A stretch of 64,000 bases of DNA from Octopus sinensis (GCF_006345805.1 NC_043002.1:28086001-28150000), one strand, 5' to 3'; shown: positions 25,731 to 38,699, counted from the stretch's first letter. Program-made: numbers and translations. The notes: generated from the letters alone by a model not told the origin.

Positions 25731-26849
25731 ATATTAATAAAAGGAATTCCAACCTTGTCTGATTTTCACGTTTTATTTACAATCCTATAATGATATAATA
25801 TAAGATAATATAATAAAATAAAATAAAATAATAGAATGTTAAATGTTTATTCTGATTCAACTAGTACTTTCATGCATTAAATTCTGCAATCTTCAGGTTC
25901 ATGTAGTAGTGGTGACAGTCATGCTTCACAATTTTTGACTGTAGCGAGATGATTAAATCTGTGCCTTAAATACAGCTGTGTAGGCTCCAGATTGCTAAGT
26001 TTTGCAAACTGTATTCTGACCAATCAGTGTGTAGTATCACTCAATTACTTAAGCTGATTGGTTGGTTGAGCTGGTTGGTTTAAGCGTCACGCTTTGTTGA
26101 ACATGTCAAGAGTCCTGTATCTTAACCCTGGCGGAGGCAGCAATTGTTGGGCTATCTTTAGAAATGTTGTAAATAGCCTTTGTTGGAGATTTTTATATTT
26201 TTATATTTCAATTGGCATCATCATCATTGTCAGTACCTTAATTATTGTTGCTAGGAGTAATGGTGGTGGCAATAGAACGTTTAACCCTAAATAAGATAAT
26301 TTTTCTGCTATCAAAGTATTATTATTATTGCTTATTTAGCTTGGGTTCGAATTTATCAATAAAATTCTTTTCTCTGATTTTCCTCTCTGACAAAGGCTAT
26401 TTACATTTCTAAAGATAGCCCAACAATTGCTGCCTCCGCCAGGGTTAAGATACAGGACTCTTGACATGTTCAACAAAGCGTGACGCCTAAACCAACCAGC
26501 TCAACCAACCAATCAGCTTAAGTAATTGAGTGATACTACACACTGATTGGTCAGAATACAGTTTGCAAAACTTAGCAATCTGGAGCCTACACAGCTGTAT
26601 TTAAGGCACAGATTTAATCATCTCGCTACAGTCAAAAATTGTGAAGCATGACTGTCACCACTACTACATGAACCTGAAGATTGCAGAATTTAATGCATGA
26701 AAGTACTAGTTGAATCAGAATGAACATTTAACATTATTTTATTTTATTTTATTTTATTTTATTATATTATATTATCTTATATTATATCATTATAAGATTG
26801 TAAATAAAACGGGAAAATCAGACAAGGTTGGAATTCCTTTTATTAATAT
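25731..26849. mobile_element. PLE 3' end/pLTR in a large inverted repeat (arms ~455 bp, spacer 206 bp)
   Basis: Arms 25731-26183 and 26390-26849 are reverse complements. The minus strand across the spacer edge encodes a GIY-YIG C-terminus (REKNFIDKFEPKLNKQ*). There is an HHR core in each arm. Confidence 0.85.
26668..26712 (+). ncRNA. Minimal type I hammerhead ribozyme (mirror copy on minus strand at ~25857-25900)
   Basis: AAC-CUGAAGA(26674-80)-U-UGCA-loop-UGCA-U-GAAA(26699-702)-GUAC-UA|GUU; palindromic stem III AGUACU. Stem I is only 3 bp. Confidence 0.6.
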
Positions 26850-26869
26850 ATATATATATATATACATAC

Positions 26870-27018
26870 GACGCGATTCTTTCAGTTTCCGTCTACAAAA
26901 TCCACTCACAAGGCTTTGGTCGGCCCGAGGCTATAATAGAAGACTGTTGCCCAAGGTGCCACCCGGAACCATGTGGTTGATAAGCAAGCTTCGTACTACA
27001 CAGCCAGTCCCGCGCCTA
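26870..27018 (-). mobile_element. SINE family A, 5' fragment
   Basis: Matches 41960-42121. Confidence 0.8.
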
Positions 27019-27028
27019 CATATGTATA

Positions 27029-27072
<44 letters not shown>

Positions 27073-27344
27073 CATTTATGCATACGCATATATATATATG
27101 AGTTACATTCCAGACGTTTTGAGCCTTTTGAAGAGAGGCGGCTATAGTTGCCATGGTTTGTTGTAATTTTAGTTTATCATTACTATCCATCGAATAACCT
27201 GACCCAACATATTTTTCTTTTTGCAGATTGAAGGAGACGGTTGTAACAACACTTTGAGCACACCTACTAAACACTGTCGAACATGGAAGATATACATAAG
27301 TATGTGTATAAACGTGTATGTACGGAAAGGTGTTTATATATATA

Positions 27345-27425
<81 letters not shown>

Positions 27426-27874
27426 CAATAATAAATCTCTAACGAGGTATAAACAGTAACTGCTCTGTAATATAAGCGGGACCAGCCATCTGAATGTGGC
27501 TAGTGACAGGGCGGGGTGGTGGGGGCGTTTCGAGGTGGTCGCCTCTCGTCAGCGCATGGCAAGCACCGTTCTTCGTTGAGGGACTTCCTCCACAGGCTAG
27601 AAATATATAGATTTTCACAGTAAACACAGTCACTGGCGTCGAAAATCTGTTCGATAACAATAATAAATCTCTAAACGAGGTATAAACAGTAACTGCTCTG
27701 TAATATAAGCGGGACCAGCCATCTGAATGTGGCTAGGGACAGGGCGGGGTGGTGGGGGTGTTACTGATGCATTTAGCCCCAGGCGACTATAGACGTCACC
27801 AGAAGAGCCGACACCATCACGGTGTCCTTGCTAGCCTGTAAAGGGAGATCAGCCTCCCCGAAGATACGGATGCT

Positions 27875-27917
27875 ACACACGGACCGGTTTCGAGGTGGTC
27901 GCCTCTCGTCAGCGCAT
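27875..27917 (-). ncRNA. Type I hammerhead ribozyme (second complete copy)
   Basis: Reverse complement of 28109-28151. A third, truncated copy at ~27527-27557 lacks the cleavage site. Confidence 0.85.
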
Positions 27918-28108
27918 GGCAAGCACCGTTCTTCGTTGAGGGACTTCCTCCACAGGCTAGAAATATATAGATTTTCACAGTTTATACCTCGCTTAGAGAT
28001 TTATTATTGTTATCGAACAGATTTTCGACGCCAGTGACTGTGTTTACTGTGAAAATCTATATATTTCTAGCCTGTGGAGGAAGTCCCTCAACGAAGAACG
28101 GTGCTTGC

Positions 28109-28151
28109 CATGCGCTGACGAGAGGCGACCACCTCGAAACCGGTCCGTGTG
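28109..28151 (+). ncRNA. Type I hammerhead ribozyme, canonical core
   Basis: CAUGCG-CUGACGA(28115-21)-GAGG cgacca CCUC-GAAA(28136-39)-CCGG-UC|CGUGUG; predicted cleavage after 28145. Confidence 0.9.
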
Positions 28152-29699
28152 CAGCATCCGTATCTTCGGGGAGGCTGATCTCCCTTTACAGGCTAGCAAG
28201 GACACCGTGATGGTGTCGGCTCTTCTGGTGACGTCTATAGTCGCCTGGGGCTAAATGCATCAGTAACACCCCCACCACCCCGCCCTGTCCCTAGCCACAT
28301 TCAGATGGCTGGTCCCGCTTATATTATATATATATATATATACATATATAGTAAAAGCAATTAAGATTCAAGTGAATTCTATTGAATTCACTTGAATGCG
28401 GTACTTAACTTAGATGCACCATAAAACTATATGGTATTAACCATAAAATAATGTGGGGTGATTATAAACAAGAAAAAACCAACAAGAATGGATTAGTTTT
28501 TCAGTACAATTGTTTCATACGAAGACCAGCTTTATTAAAAGCTGCAAATATTGCAGAAAATACAAGTGTCCCGTACTCATCAGCCAAAACACATATGAGT
28601 TCTCCAAGCATCCTAGTGGGTGAGGCTACACTCATGAAGTATCTAAGATAGTTCTATAAAAAGCAAATTTAGATTGTAAGCAAACTTCCAAAGTTCTCTA
28701 ATGATGCACAGTCTTATAACAGGCTTTAAAAAAGCTTGTTAGCTTCACAGAAAAGGTGAATCCATCCATAATGTAGGTGCAATTACTGGAGATATGAGGA
28801 GATATTTCATACTCACAGACGATGAATCCATCCATGATTAATCCATATAATGGGTATAATTTCCCCATATATAAGATACTTGTCACACCTCTGTTCATTT
28901 CACAAAACTGCTATGTTAGAATTATAATGGCTGAAGGAATTATGTGGAGCATAGAAAAACCGCCCACATAGAGCATTTTGGAATAACAGAGAGGGAAGGG
29001 GTTGCAGGTACCCACCTACACAGAAAGGTCTCTTTCTGTGGAGACAGACAGTCTTGCTTAGATTTGCAGGAATCTAAGATTTATAAAGGAGAACATTACT
29101 TTTGACCAGTATACAGCTGTTAATTGCCAATCCGACGGGGCTAAAGTAGATATAAGAATCTAAAGAGAACAAGGGAAGGGATAAAGGGGTCAAAGGCTAT
29201 CACTAGAGGAAAATACATTAAGAGAATTTAAGTGCAATACTAGAAAGGAGGTCATTTAATTAATTTATTTATTATTGTTACTATTTATACAATGACAGAC
29301 TGTAGGTCTATACCTAGAGGTCAATTAAAAGGTGTGAGAGTATTGCTTATCATAGTGAAATTTCTTATACTACTTTTAAGGGAGTAGCATTACTTATTTA
29401 ACTTTATAATAGAATTATGAAGTATTAGTAACTTATTTGATTTAAGCTGTGTTACCTAAATTAGATTAAAATTAGATTAAATTAAATTAACTATATAGTC
29501 AATTAAACTTTTTTAGGCAACGTACAAATACTATTTAATTCTTTATGTTCCAAATCAGGTGCAGTTAGAAAGAAAGAAAGAACCATAGTGTAAGAGCTCG
29601 CAGCTATCAATTTAAAATTATATTAGAGTTTTGTTTTATTAGTAAAAGCAAGATAGATCTAGCTCCATACGATTATTCTATACGATTTTTATTTAAAAT

Positions 29700-32280
29700 A
29701 TTTTAGAGTCTTCATTTTTGCGTGAATACAAGAGGGACAGTTCTATACAGTTATTTAACAAATTCTTATTTTTTGCTATGCATTAGAATTTCATACGTCT
29801 CCATGGAGCAGAGTTGGCAACCAACCCTATTATTTCTATAAGGCATCGCTCTTCTAACTATTTCCCAATTAAGGTTATGATTGATTTTGATTGATTTTTC
29901 CAGTTTCAGCTAATGAGCTGTGGCCATGCTGGGGCACCGCCATTTATATTTAATATTATTATTTTTGAGTTCCCAGATCTTACTTGAGAGTGTGGTGCTA
30001 CCAGCTTTATGACGTAACTTAAAAGAGGAGATATGATTGCTAACTCTTTTCTTAAAATTTATAGTACAACCTAAATAAAGAAATTTGCTATTCTCAGTAG
30101 TTATGGTACATTTATAGATTACGTTATTTACCCCGCACAGACCAGGTGCCGGGCATTTTGACCTAATTCTACAATTACACCTAGGGGGATCATCTTCAGA
30201 TGTTGAATTATTTATGGATAGATATCCCATGTTCTTGCTACTCTGATTATTATGAGTATATTTATCGTTATTATAGTTAATGTTGCTATCTAAAGCAGTG
30301 TTATCATTTATCGATCCTTTTACACTATCATTTAGTTCTATAGTCCTACCATAATTACTTACATTATTGGTATTGCTACTATTATTGCTAGTATTTGTAT
30401 CCGAATGTATATTGTTGTTATAGATATCAATGTTGTCTTCATTCCCGGTATTTTCTCTATTAGCATTACTCATATTATTAACATTATTACTCCTATTAAT
30501 ATTAATATTATTATTAGTTATTCCATGGTTATTGATTCTACCTATGTTTTGATAGTTACTATTGTTGCGGTTATTATTTTTTTATTTCTGATAGTATTAT
30601 TACAATTGTTATTGGTATTCGTGTTGGTATTATTTTTATCTTTCCTGGCTAGCTTAATGTTATTATTATTAATCTTAGCTATTAAAGTGGACATATTTGG
30701 GAGGGTTGAATAAGAAATCCTAACCGCTTTTTTAGAAATAATTCTATATCTATGAGAGGCTGGGAAATTTTTTTCTAGAATTACTTTGAATCTGCTTTGT
30801 ATATCCGATAGAATCGCACAGTTGAAAGGAATATTCAGCCAGATTATATCTTTCTTATTAAATATCCTTGAATTAGAATTAGGGTTAGTTGAATTATTAC
30901 TAATCTCACCAGAGTCATTGTATTTATTACTATTATTTGTATGCTTCTTTGATTTATATAATTTGATTTTATCCGAGTTACCTATGCTCTGGTCTATATT
31001 TTTATTTGTATGATTAGGCTTGTACGTTAGATTTGTAGTTACCGTAAATCTATTTCTACTTTTATTTCGGGCGTGATCTATATTGTTGTTTACGTGGTTA
31101 CTGTTACCTCCTTTATTAGGAATATGTAAGCTCTCCTTATCAATAAAGGTAATCTTTTGGTTGTATCCTGCCTTAGATAACGCCGCATTATAATGCTCAG
31201 AATGAGAGTTAAATATAAAATTATTACATGATAATTTAGAGATTCTTAAGAAAATATTTCCGACCAAAGATTTAATTATATTTGGGGGGGGATGATTGGA
31301 TAATTTATATACGTATCTCGTGATTTCACCTTCCTTTCTAAATGGGTAATGCAGCTTAGAGTTAAGGTCTAATGTAATATTTAGGAAATTGACTATTTTA
31401 GTGCCAGGTTCATAAGCTATGCTAAGGTTGAAGTCTTTAAAGAACTTATTAATTTTCTTTCTAATCCTTTCAATGCTAGATTTATTATTACTAGGGATAA
31501 CAAACAGAGCATCATCCCTATATAGACCACCTTGTAATTCTGGGATCTCCTTATTTATGCACTTTAATAGATACGCGCCTACCAAGTTAGTCACCTCAGC
31601 CGAATCACTGGAACCCATGGGTATATCGAAATTATTAGGTGTATCTGCTCTAGTCCATAACTTTTCTTCAAATTCTATAAATGTTTTTCTAGCTAATAGC
31701 ACAATGTCGATTTCCTCTGTAGATATGAGGGAGCGATTCATAGCAAAATAGGGGAAATACTAGAGTAATAATTATTTATGTCGAACTGAATAAAGGACAG
31801 ACTACTAGTATTAGTTAGAGAGTTAAACCATTTTAATACCTCATCGGTATTTAGCCATAGACTTAAGGGAAGAAAAGGGGTTATTTGGGGTAGAACAGTA
31901 TCAAGGATAGATTTACTAAACCGGCCAATGTCTGACTTAGTTGGACAAATAAGCCTTACCGAAGGGTTTTCCATGAAATTCCTTTTGCGGTCTTTAAGGT
32001 TGATTCTAGATTCACACGGTTTAAGCGGCTCCGTTCTATCCGTTAAATTGTATCTTTCCATAACTTCCTTCATTTCCAGGTTTATTTTTTTCAAATTTTT
32101 CTTAGTAGTAATTTTATATTTGGAGTTGAGATCCTTCTTAATTAGCTTGCTATAAAGAGTGTAATCTACTCTATACAGATTACCAGTTTTATCCGCTGGT
32201 ACTATGATTCCTTGATTATTCCGGTTGAATGAATAAAGTTACTGAGATGTTTGAGGTGAGGGTTGTATCTTAACGGGTGT
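29700..32280 (-). mobile_element. Penelope/Poseidon-type PLE (RT and GIY-YIG), decayed, with Asn-rich linkers
   Basis: VPADKTGNLY, FDINNYYSSI, GSSDSAEVTNLVG, YRDDAL, DIIWLNIPFN, CNCRIRSKCP..VIYKC..YLGCT..RVSNH..LSSKIWELK, CQLCSME. Frameshift at ~31740 and stop at 30542. Confidence 0.9.
29899..29941 (-). mobile_element. Short SINE family A 3'-tail inserted into the PLE GIY-YIG domain
   Basis: ggcggtgccccagcatggccacagctcattagctgaaac matches the SINE 3' end at 56238-56285. PLE coding resumes on the other side. Confidence 0.7.
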
Positions 32281-32290
32281 TCCTTGAATT

Positions 32291-32363
<73 letters not shown>

Positions 32364-32559
32364 TATATATTTGCAGATTGTTTTCGGGGCGTATAGAGTG
32401 TTAAACTGGGTATAATCGCCACAGAAACTTATAAAATGCTCCACACTGCTTATAGATTAACGTGTATGAGCCTAGTATCCGTTTTCTGCTGGCACTAGAG
32501 ATTCGCGGCTGATAGAGATGAGGAGAGAGACAATGACAGATGTAAGAGGGTGATGGACA

Positions 32560-32730
32560 TCAGACCTTCAGTGCTGGTTGAGAAAATTCGCAATTTCCTG
32601 GATGAAAACCAGTGTGTGTCTGTCTATAAAGACAATAAGCATGCCGTTTGGGGTTGGTAGGGCAAATGTACACAGAATTATTCCTGAAAATATAAACATG
32701 CGCAAAATTTGTACAAAATTTCTTTCAAGG
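32560..32730 (+). mobile_element. mariner HTH fragment
   Basis: VEKIRNFLDENQ..IKTISMPFGVGRANVHRII..MRKICTKFLSR resembles the second HTH/WVPR linker. Confidence 0.55.
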
Positions 32731-33399
32731 TGCTCAGATGTGAATCTCTGTAGGCAACTACTTGACAGAAATAAAAAGCAAAATTATCCCTCACCCGCCC
32801 CAGAGTCTACAACATGCTCTCTATGACATTTGGTTGTTCCCTCAGCTGAAGGAGAACCTCAGGGGTAGTCCTTTCAAAGACTGTTCAGCTGTGACAAGTA
32901 CTGTTTCATTGGATGTGTTCAAAGTGTTATTATGACCATGTCCTTCAACCTGGAATAACAAAAGCTGGTAAGTCAACTTACTGGATGTATAGCAATGATA
33001 TGATATAATTACGTTAATAGCTGCTTTCCTAAAACAAGTCACAAAACTTCTGGAATGGAACATATGTACATATTTTGTGTGTGCGTGTGCGCGCGCGCTT
33101 GTGTTTATGTGTGTGCGTATGTGTGTGTATGTGCATTACTGTGTGTGTATTTACACATGAATATGCTTAGCTTATATCTGAGTATATACACATACATGTA
33201 CATATATGGGCTTTTAATCAACACACCTATATGGAAGTATTTTATTTGTATTTATAAAAGCGCACCATGCTGGACATGGAAGATATACACATATGTGCAT
33301 AAATTTGTACGTAGTAATACATATTTATATATATGAATACTGTGTGTGTGTGTGTTTCTGCATGTATCTATGTTTAAATACTAGCATACACCTGTTGTA

Positions 33400-33680
33400 A
33401 AAAATGATAAAAGTTCTATTAGTACGTGAGGCATGGGAGGAATGAAACTTCAAGTATTGGTGTGTGTCCGTGGATTTATGAAAAATATCTGTTTTAATAG
33501 TGTTATCCTCTTTAATTAGAAGTGTGTCCAAAAATGATAATTCTTTCGTGTGCCTTTCCGTGGTAAATTTCATCGAAGTAGGTAGATTATTTAAAAATGA
33601 GGAAAGATACCTAAGTCTTGTTGATTTTTTGTTCCAAAATATAAAAGGATCATCCAAGTATCGTTTTCAGTTGTTCTTTA
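33400..33680 (-). mobile_element. PLE RT fragment
   Basis: KRYLDDPFIFW..MKFTTE..LSFLD..TDIFHKSTDTHQYLKFHSSH. Confidence 0.8.
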
Positions 33681-34184
33681 TGTAAAACCAAATACATTTG
33701 TATATTTGTGACCATATTGGTATGCTCACAGGCACGTTTGTCATTAACAGAGTTTTATAGAAAATTGACCACACTGACCGAAATGACCACACCAAAAAAT
33801 TCCATTCCTTTATTCTTCATCTACTTAATTATCCCTGTCTTTTTTTTTATATATATACACATGTTTATGTCTCTGTGTATACATATATGTATGACTATAT
33901 GTGAATGAATACATGTATTTGTGTGCTTGTTGTTTCTCTGTGTGTGTATATGTGTACGGTCCTATGTTTGATGTGTGTATGTTTGTAATTAAACGGTCCC
34001 TATTTAAATAGTGAGTGACAAACTCTAAAGTATGAGTTTGAAAATAGCTTGTAAGCGAGAAACTTCTATCAGAGATAACTTATAAACATCTAATTATTAA
34101 GGTGGAAAAATTATCTGAAAGGTCATTTCTATTCATTTTTTCATATATATATATATATATTATATATATATATATATATACGCA

Positions 34185-34274
<90 letters not shown>

Positions 34275-34302
34275 CACACACACACATACATATATATATA
34301 TT

Positions 34303-34640
34303 CTAGCTGGTGTACCCGGTAATTCCCGGGGGTAAAGATGTTCTATTGGAACGCATTATTACTCTGATATAGGAAAGCGATTTCGTTATAACTGCCGCAA
34401 ACGGTGTATTTTCTGTCACAAAAAAGTACATAAAACTGTCAGCTGGAGGAGGGAGAGATTGTTGGAGGTTGGCGAGAGAGGTTTTCGGAGGTTGGCGAGA
34501 GAGGTTTTCGGAGGTTGGCGAGAGAGGTTTTCGGAGGTTGGCGAGCGGCAAAGACATTATTCTGTTTAGCGAAAGCATCTGGGAAATGCATAACTGCTGT
34601 CATTCACAGAAAAACTATTGTTTTACCGTGAGAAAAGCGC
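34303..34640 (-). mobile_element. Possible non-autonomous Helitron 3' end carrying a 23-bp minisatellite
   Basis: The minus strand ends cccgggaattaccggg (hairpin) then tacaccagCTAG. The unit ggaggttggcgagagaggttttc occurs ~3.6 times at 34464-34545. Confidence 0.45.
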
Positions 34641-35247
34641 TGTTGAAGTGTTAAGTGAAATTTGGCAATCGAGGATCGAATCTCCACTATGCCTGCATGA
34701 AGCCACTACAAATACGATGTGGAATGAAATATTTATCTACTATCATGGAAAAAGTGTAACTGTAAAAATGCGGAATTATCGGAGTAATGGGCTTTCAAAA
34801 ATGTATGTATGTATAGAAATATATGAATGAAGTCTTTAATATTTAAGATTCAAATTAAGGAAATGCAATAATAATGTTTAGCAGTTCAAAACTGTGAGTA
34901 GTGAAATGCAGAATTAGGTCAGCTGATCATGCGAATCAAATATTGATCGCTTCGCTAACATCTGCCAGTAGTATGGGCTATTTCCCTTGGGTTGTTTAAA
35001 ACATTAGTAATATGTAGTAGATAGAAGGATCCATTGGAAGGGCTCTACTATCGATTTAAAAAAAATTAAGTTTGTCAAGAGGTTTCCAGACATGAGTTCT
35101 ACTCACATGTCAAGTTTCATCAAAATCAATCAAACAATGCAGGAGGAATTAACTAACAACGCCACAAACAAACACACACCGATTTTCCACATATGTAGTG
35201 TAGTATATATATACATACATACATACATACATACATACATACATACA

Positions 35248-35280
<33 letters not shown>

Positions 35281-35344
35281 TTGGTTGTTTCATGTGAAAT
35301 GTCGTATTTGAAAGGTAACAATAAAATGTTTTAGAAGAGTTAGA

Positions 35345-36150
35345 GAACGGATTTATATAATCAAAGTATAGTCCATGTTCATTTATGACATTTACCAAAC
35401 GCTTCTCTATGTCATATATTCCATCTTTTAAAAAACTCATCGTTAAAAAAATCATCAGTAGGAAAGGTATCAAGGGAATAGGAAGGATGCTGAATAATCT
35501 CATAATTAAGGCAGTGCAACTTTTGAACCGTAGCTTGAGAAGTGTGAGGACGTGCGTTGTTGTGAAACAAAATTGGGCCATCTCCATTCACTAGTCTGGG
35601 TTGTCTGGCAATACGATGTTGCTGTTACCGTTTTTCCTTGTTGCAAAAATGAATAACTCCCTTTTGGCAAACCACAGTACAGTGACCACTAACTTTTTAT
35701 GGTGCAATGGTGGGTTTGGGTAGTGTTTAGGTCACTCTCCTCTATCTAATCACTGTCCTGTTCTCCTGCTGTTGTCAAAGAGTATACATTTATCATCAGA
35801 AGTAATGATTTGATGCAAAAATGGTATTTTTCCAGTCGAGAAAGTAATAAGTTGATGTGGAAGAAACCTATCCGTTTTCTTGATTTTTCCAATTTTTTAT
35901 AGGTGTTCAAAAACAGTTGTGCGAGATGTTTGGAGTTCTGATGGAAGTTCCCGAACCTTGGTTCTTGGATTTTGTTCAACCAAAGTACTGAATAACTGAT
36001 TTTGGTCTACCCCTTGGTTTATTTTCAAGACTACCATCTCCTGAACGAGAGCCTTGGAATTATCTCTGAACAGTTCTGATATCAACAAAACCATTACCAT
36101 ACGAGAAAGTCACTCAACACGCACCTACAGCAGGAGCAATTGCATTGTAG
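35345..36150 (-). mobile_element. Decayed mariner transposase
   Basis: RTVQR..ENKPRGRP..VEQNPRTKVREL..IITSDDK..PILFHNNARPH..HPSYSLD..RLVNVINEHGLYFD, with many stops and frameshifts. Confidence 0.75.
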
Positions 36151-36699
36151 TGCACAATGCAAAATGAATTATCATGTAACTGATTGAATAATACACAAAC
36201 ACGCAAGCTCTTCGCTTAACTCTCAAGCCTAATCAGCCTAACACACTATGTACCAAGGCTGCACCCATGAACTAAATGTACAATCCAGACATGCTTTCAC
36301 TGTGCCTGCTTCACTCAATTTCATTCACAGGGCTTGGGTTAATTCGAAGAATAAGTGAAAAGCACTGCTCCAAATGCCATGCAGTGGGATCAAACTTGAA
36401 ACCGCATGATTACAAAGCAAACTTCTATAATGTCTGTACTTAAAAATTGTACTCTCTGACATTCATACGCATATACAGTGGTGTGTATTCTACGGATATA
36501 CGCTTGTGATATAGCCACATTAAAATAATGTTATATTTCTGTGTCCCATTTGTACGCGTTTCATTACGCTTGTATTTTTTTCCGTTTTTGTTGTGGGTGT
36601 ATATGAACGTGAGTTTTTATGAGGTAACCAAATTCTCTGATTTCTAGTTGACTTTTAATATGACAACTCGCAAATGGAGATATGAAATGCTTGTTATTA

Positions 36700-37125
36700 T
36701 ACACGCACAAACACTCGCATACACACATACATATGTATCTACAGGGAATATACACATACATACACACATAGACACACGCACGCACACATGCGCACACATA
36801 TACACGCATGATAAGAGGAACAACGCAAAAACAAACCTATACATATGTGTATGCATGTATGAACATAGGTATATATATATATATATATATACACACACGT
36901 ACATATATATACACACATACATATATGTGTGTGTGTACATATATATATACGTATGTACACACACGTATATATATGTGTACATATATATATGTATGTATGA
37001 ACAGATATGTATATATATATATATATTATATATATATATGTATGTGTGTGTGTGTGTGTGGTGTGTGTGTGTGTTTGTGTGTGTACATATGCATGAATAT
37101 ATATATATATACATATACATGCATG

Positions 37126-37177
<52 letters not shown>

Positions 37178-37860
37178 ATATATATCTTTGTGTGAGAATA
37201 TATATATACATATGTACTTACGTATGTATGCATATAAATACACATACATACAAAAAGAGAGTGGGAGAAAGAGAGAGTCAGAGGGAGAGAGATTGGGGGA
37301 GCCGTTTCCAAAAGTTTGCAATAACTGTCAACATACATTAAAAGAAGAGCCAGAAAGATGGAACTTTGCAAAGAGCTTAATTTCACTTAGCCGACTAATT
37401 AAAGCAGCGCTAATCTTAATTAGGAACTGGCTTGCTGTGGAAGAAGCTGGGGTGATGGTACAGGCGACAGTGGTGGAGGTTTTGACAGAATAGTAGTGGT
37501 GGTGGTGGTGGTTCTGGTCGTGTTGGTGTTACTGGTCGTGTTGGTGGTGCTGGTGAAAGTGTGACATATACGGAGGAAGGAGCGTAGGAAAATGAAACAA
37601 AAATTATGATGACGATGGTGGCAGTGGGTATGATGATGTGATGGTGGTGATGGTGATGGTGAGGACGACGACGACAACGAGGACAACGACGAAAAGAAGG
37701 AGGGGGAAGATAGTGATGATAGTAGTGGTTGTAGTGGTGTTAGAGATGTCGATAATAAAAATCAAGAAATCAAGAAAGTATAAAAGGATGAAGAAAGAAA
37801 CAAAATTATGCAAGACCATGAAGAAAATTTTAGCAAAAGGAAATGAAAATTAAAACAATT
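36700..37860. repeat. Mixed (TA)/(CA)/(TG) and (GGT)/(GAT)/(GAC) low-complexity tract
   Basis: Seen directly; it explains the long YI/CV/M-V ORFs. Confidence 0.9.
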
Positions 37861-38699
37861 ATATAAATTCAAAACAAAAAGGAAAAGAAAGAAGAGAATA
37901 TAAGAAGAAAATATAGAAGAAAATAATAACAATTTAATGAGCAGATTACAAAGAGGAAAGCGTAGGCGAAGAGGGAGCCAGGGAGAGAAACAAATAAAAT
38001 ATATAAATATAAATATATGAAAAAGTATATATTGAGAAACTAGAAAGAAAATACATATTGTTATAATTGAGCTGATTACGTCTGTTTAAAAACTCTCTCA
38101 ATAATATGGTTTAAAGAAATTTTTACATTATACCACATGGTTTTCTATGGGCCGACAAGGCGGCCCTCGGGTTGTTGCTTCACCTGAAGGGAAATAGGAA
38201 CTGAACCCCCTAAAATCAGAAGATCGCAGCTTGCATTTAAGTAAAGAACGGCTTGTATAATTCGGTTCGTGATCCACCACAAAAATAATTTTGATCATCC
38301 TGATATGTATTTTATGTGTATGGTTAGATAAAACCACTTGGTTTCCTGTCATTTTACAGCTTCCTACATATACTATATGCCGATTATATATGTGTGTATG
38401 TGTATGTGTATGTGTGTGTGTTTGTATGTATTTGTGTGTGTGTATGTGTGCGTGGATGTGTGTGTGTGTGTGTGTGTAAAACAATGTCAAATAATGTAAG
38501 GTAATTACTTACACTTAGTGCTGTAGTAGAATTTGTACTCCAAAAGCAAGGATGTGGTAATCAAGCTGCTATATGTATACCTTGATTGAGCTGCTATATG
38601 TATAGCTTCATCGATGCATTTATGCTCCATTGTGTGTGTGTGTATGCATGTGTGTGTATGCATGTGTGTATGTGTGTGTGTGTGCATGTGCGTGTGTGA

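Larger units (their letters stand above)
27422..28326. mobile_element. Non-coding 360-nt hammerhead-containing repeat: deleted copy, tandem copy and inverted circularly permuted copy, inserted in (TA)n
   Basis: 27531-27620 equals 27891-27980 (period 360). 28047-28326 is the reverse complement of 27701-27980, and 27981-28046 of 27621-27686, with about 2 mismatches in total. Confidence 0.9.

Noticed and set aside
27190-27300. Acceptor-like site followed by a sequence similar to 32870-33000 (minus)
   Set aside because: The two copies in opposite orientation point to a degenerate dispersed repeat rather than exons; the family is not identifiable.
27760-27840. Opposite-polarity ribozyme in the 360-nt unit (ctgatgc..)
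   Set aside because: It does not match CUGANGA and has no properly placed GAAA/stem, so there is no support for an ambisense viroid-like RNA.
27422-28326. CRISPR-like or bacterial system reading of the repeats
   Set aside because: There is no repeat-spacer periodicity with unique spacers and no cas-like ORFs, and the context is eukaryotic.
28440-29300. Possible decayed LINE RT on the minus strand
   Set aside because: Only vague motif resemblance, with no diagnostic QG or YADD motif.
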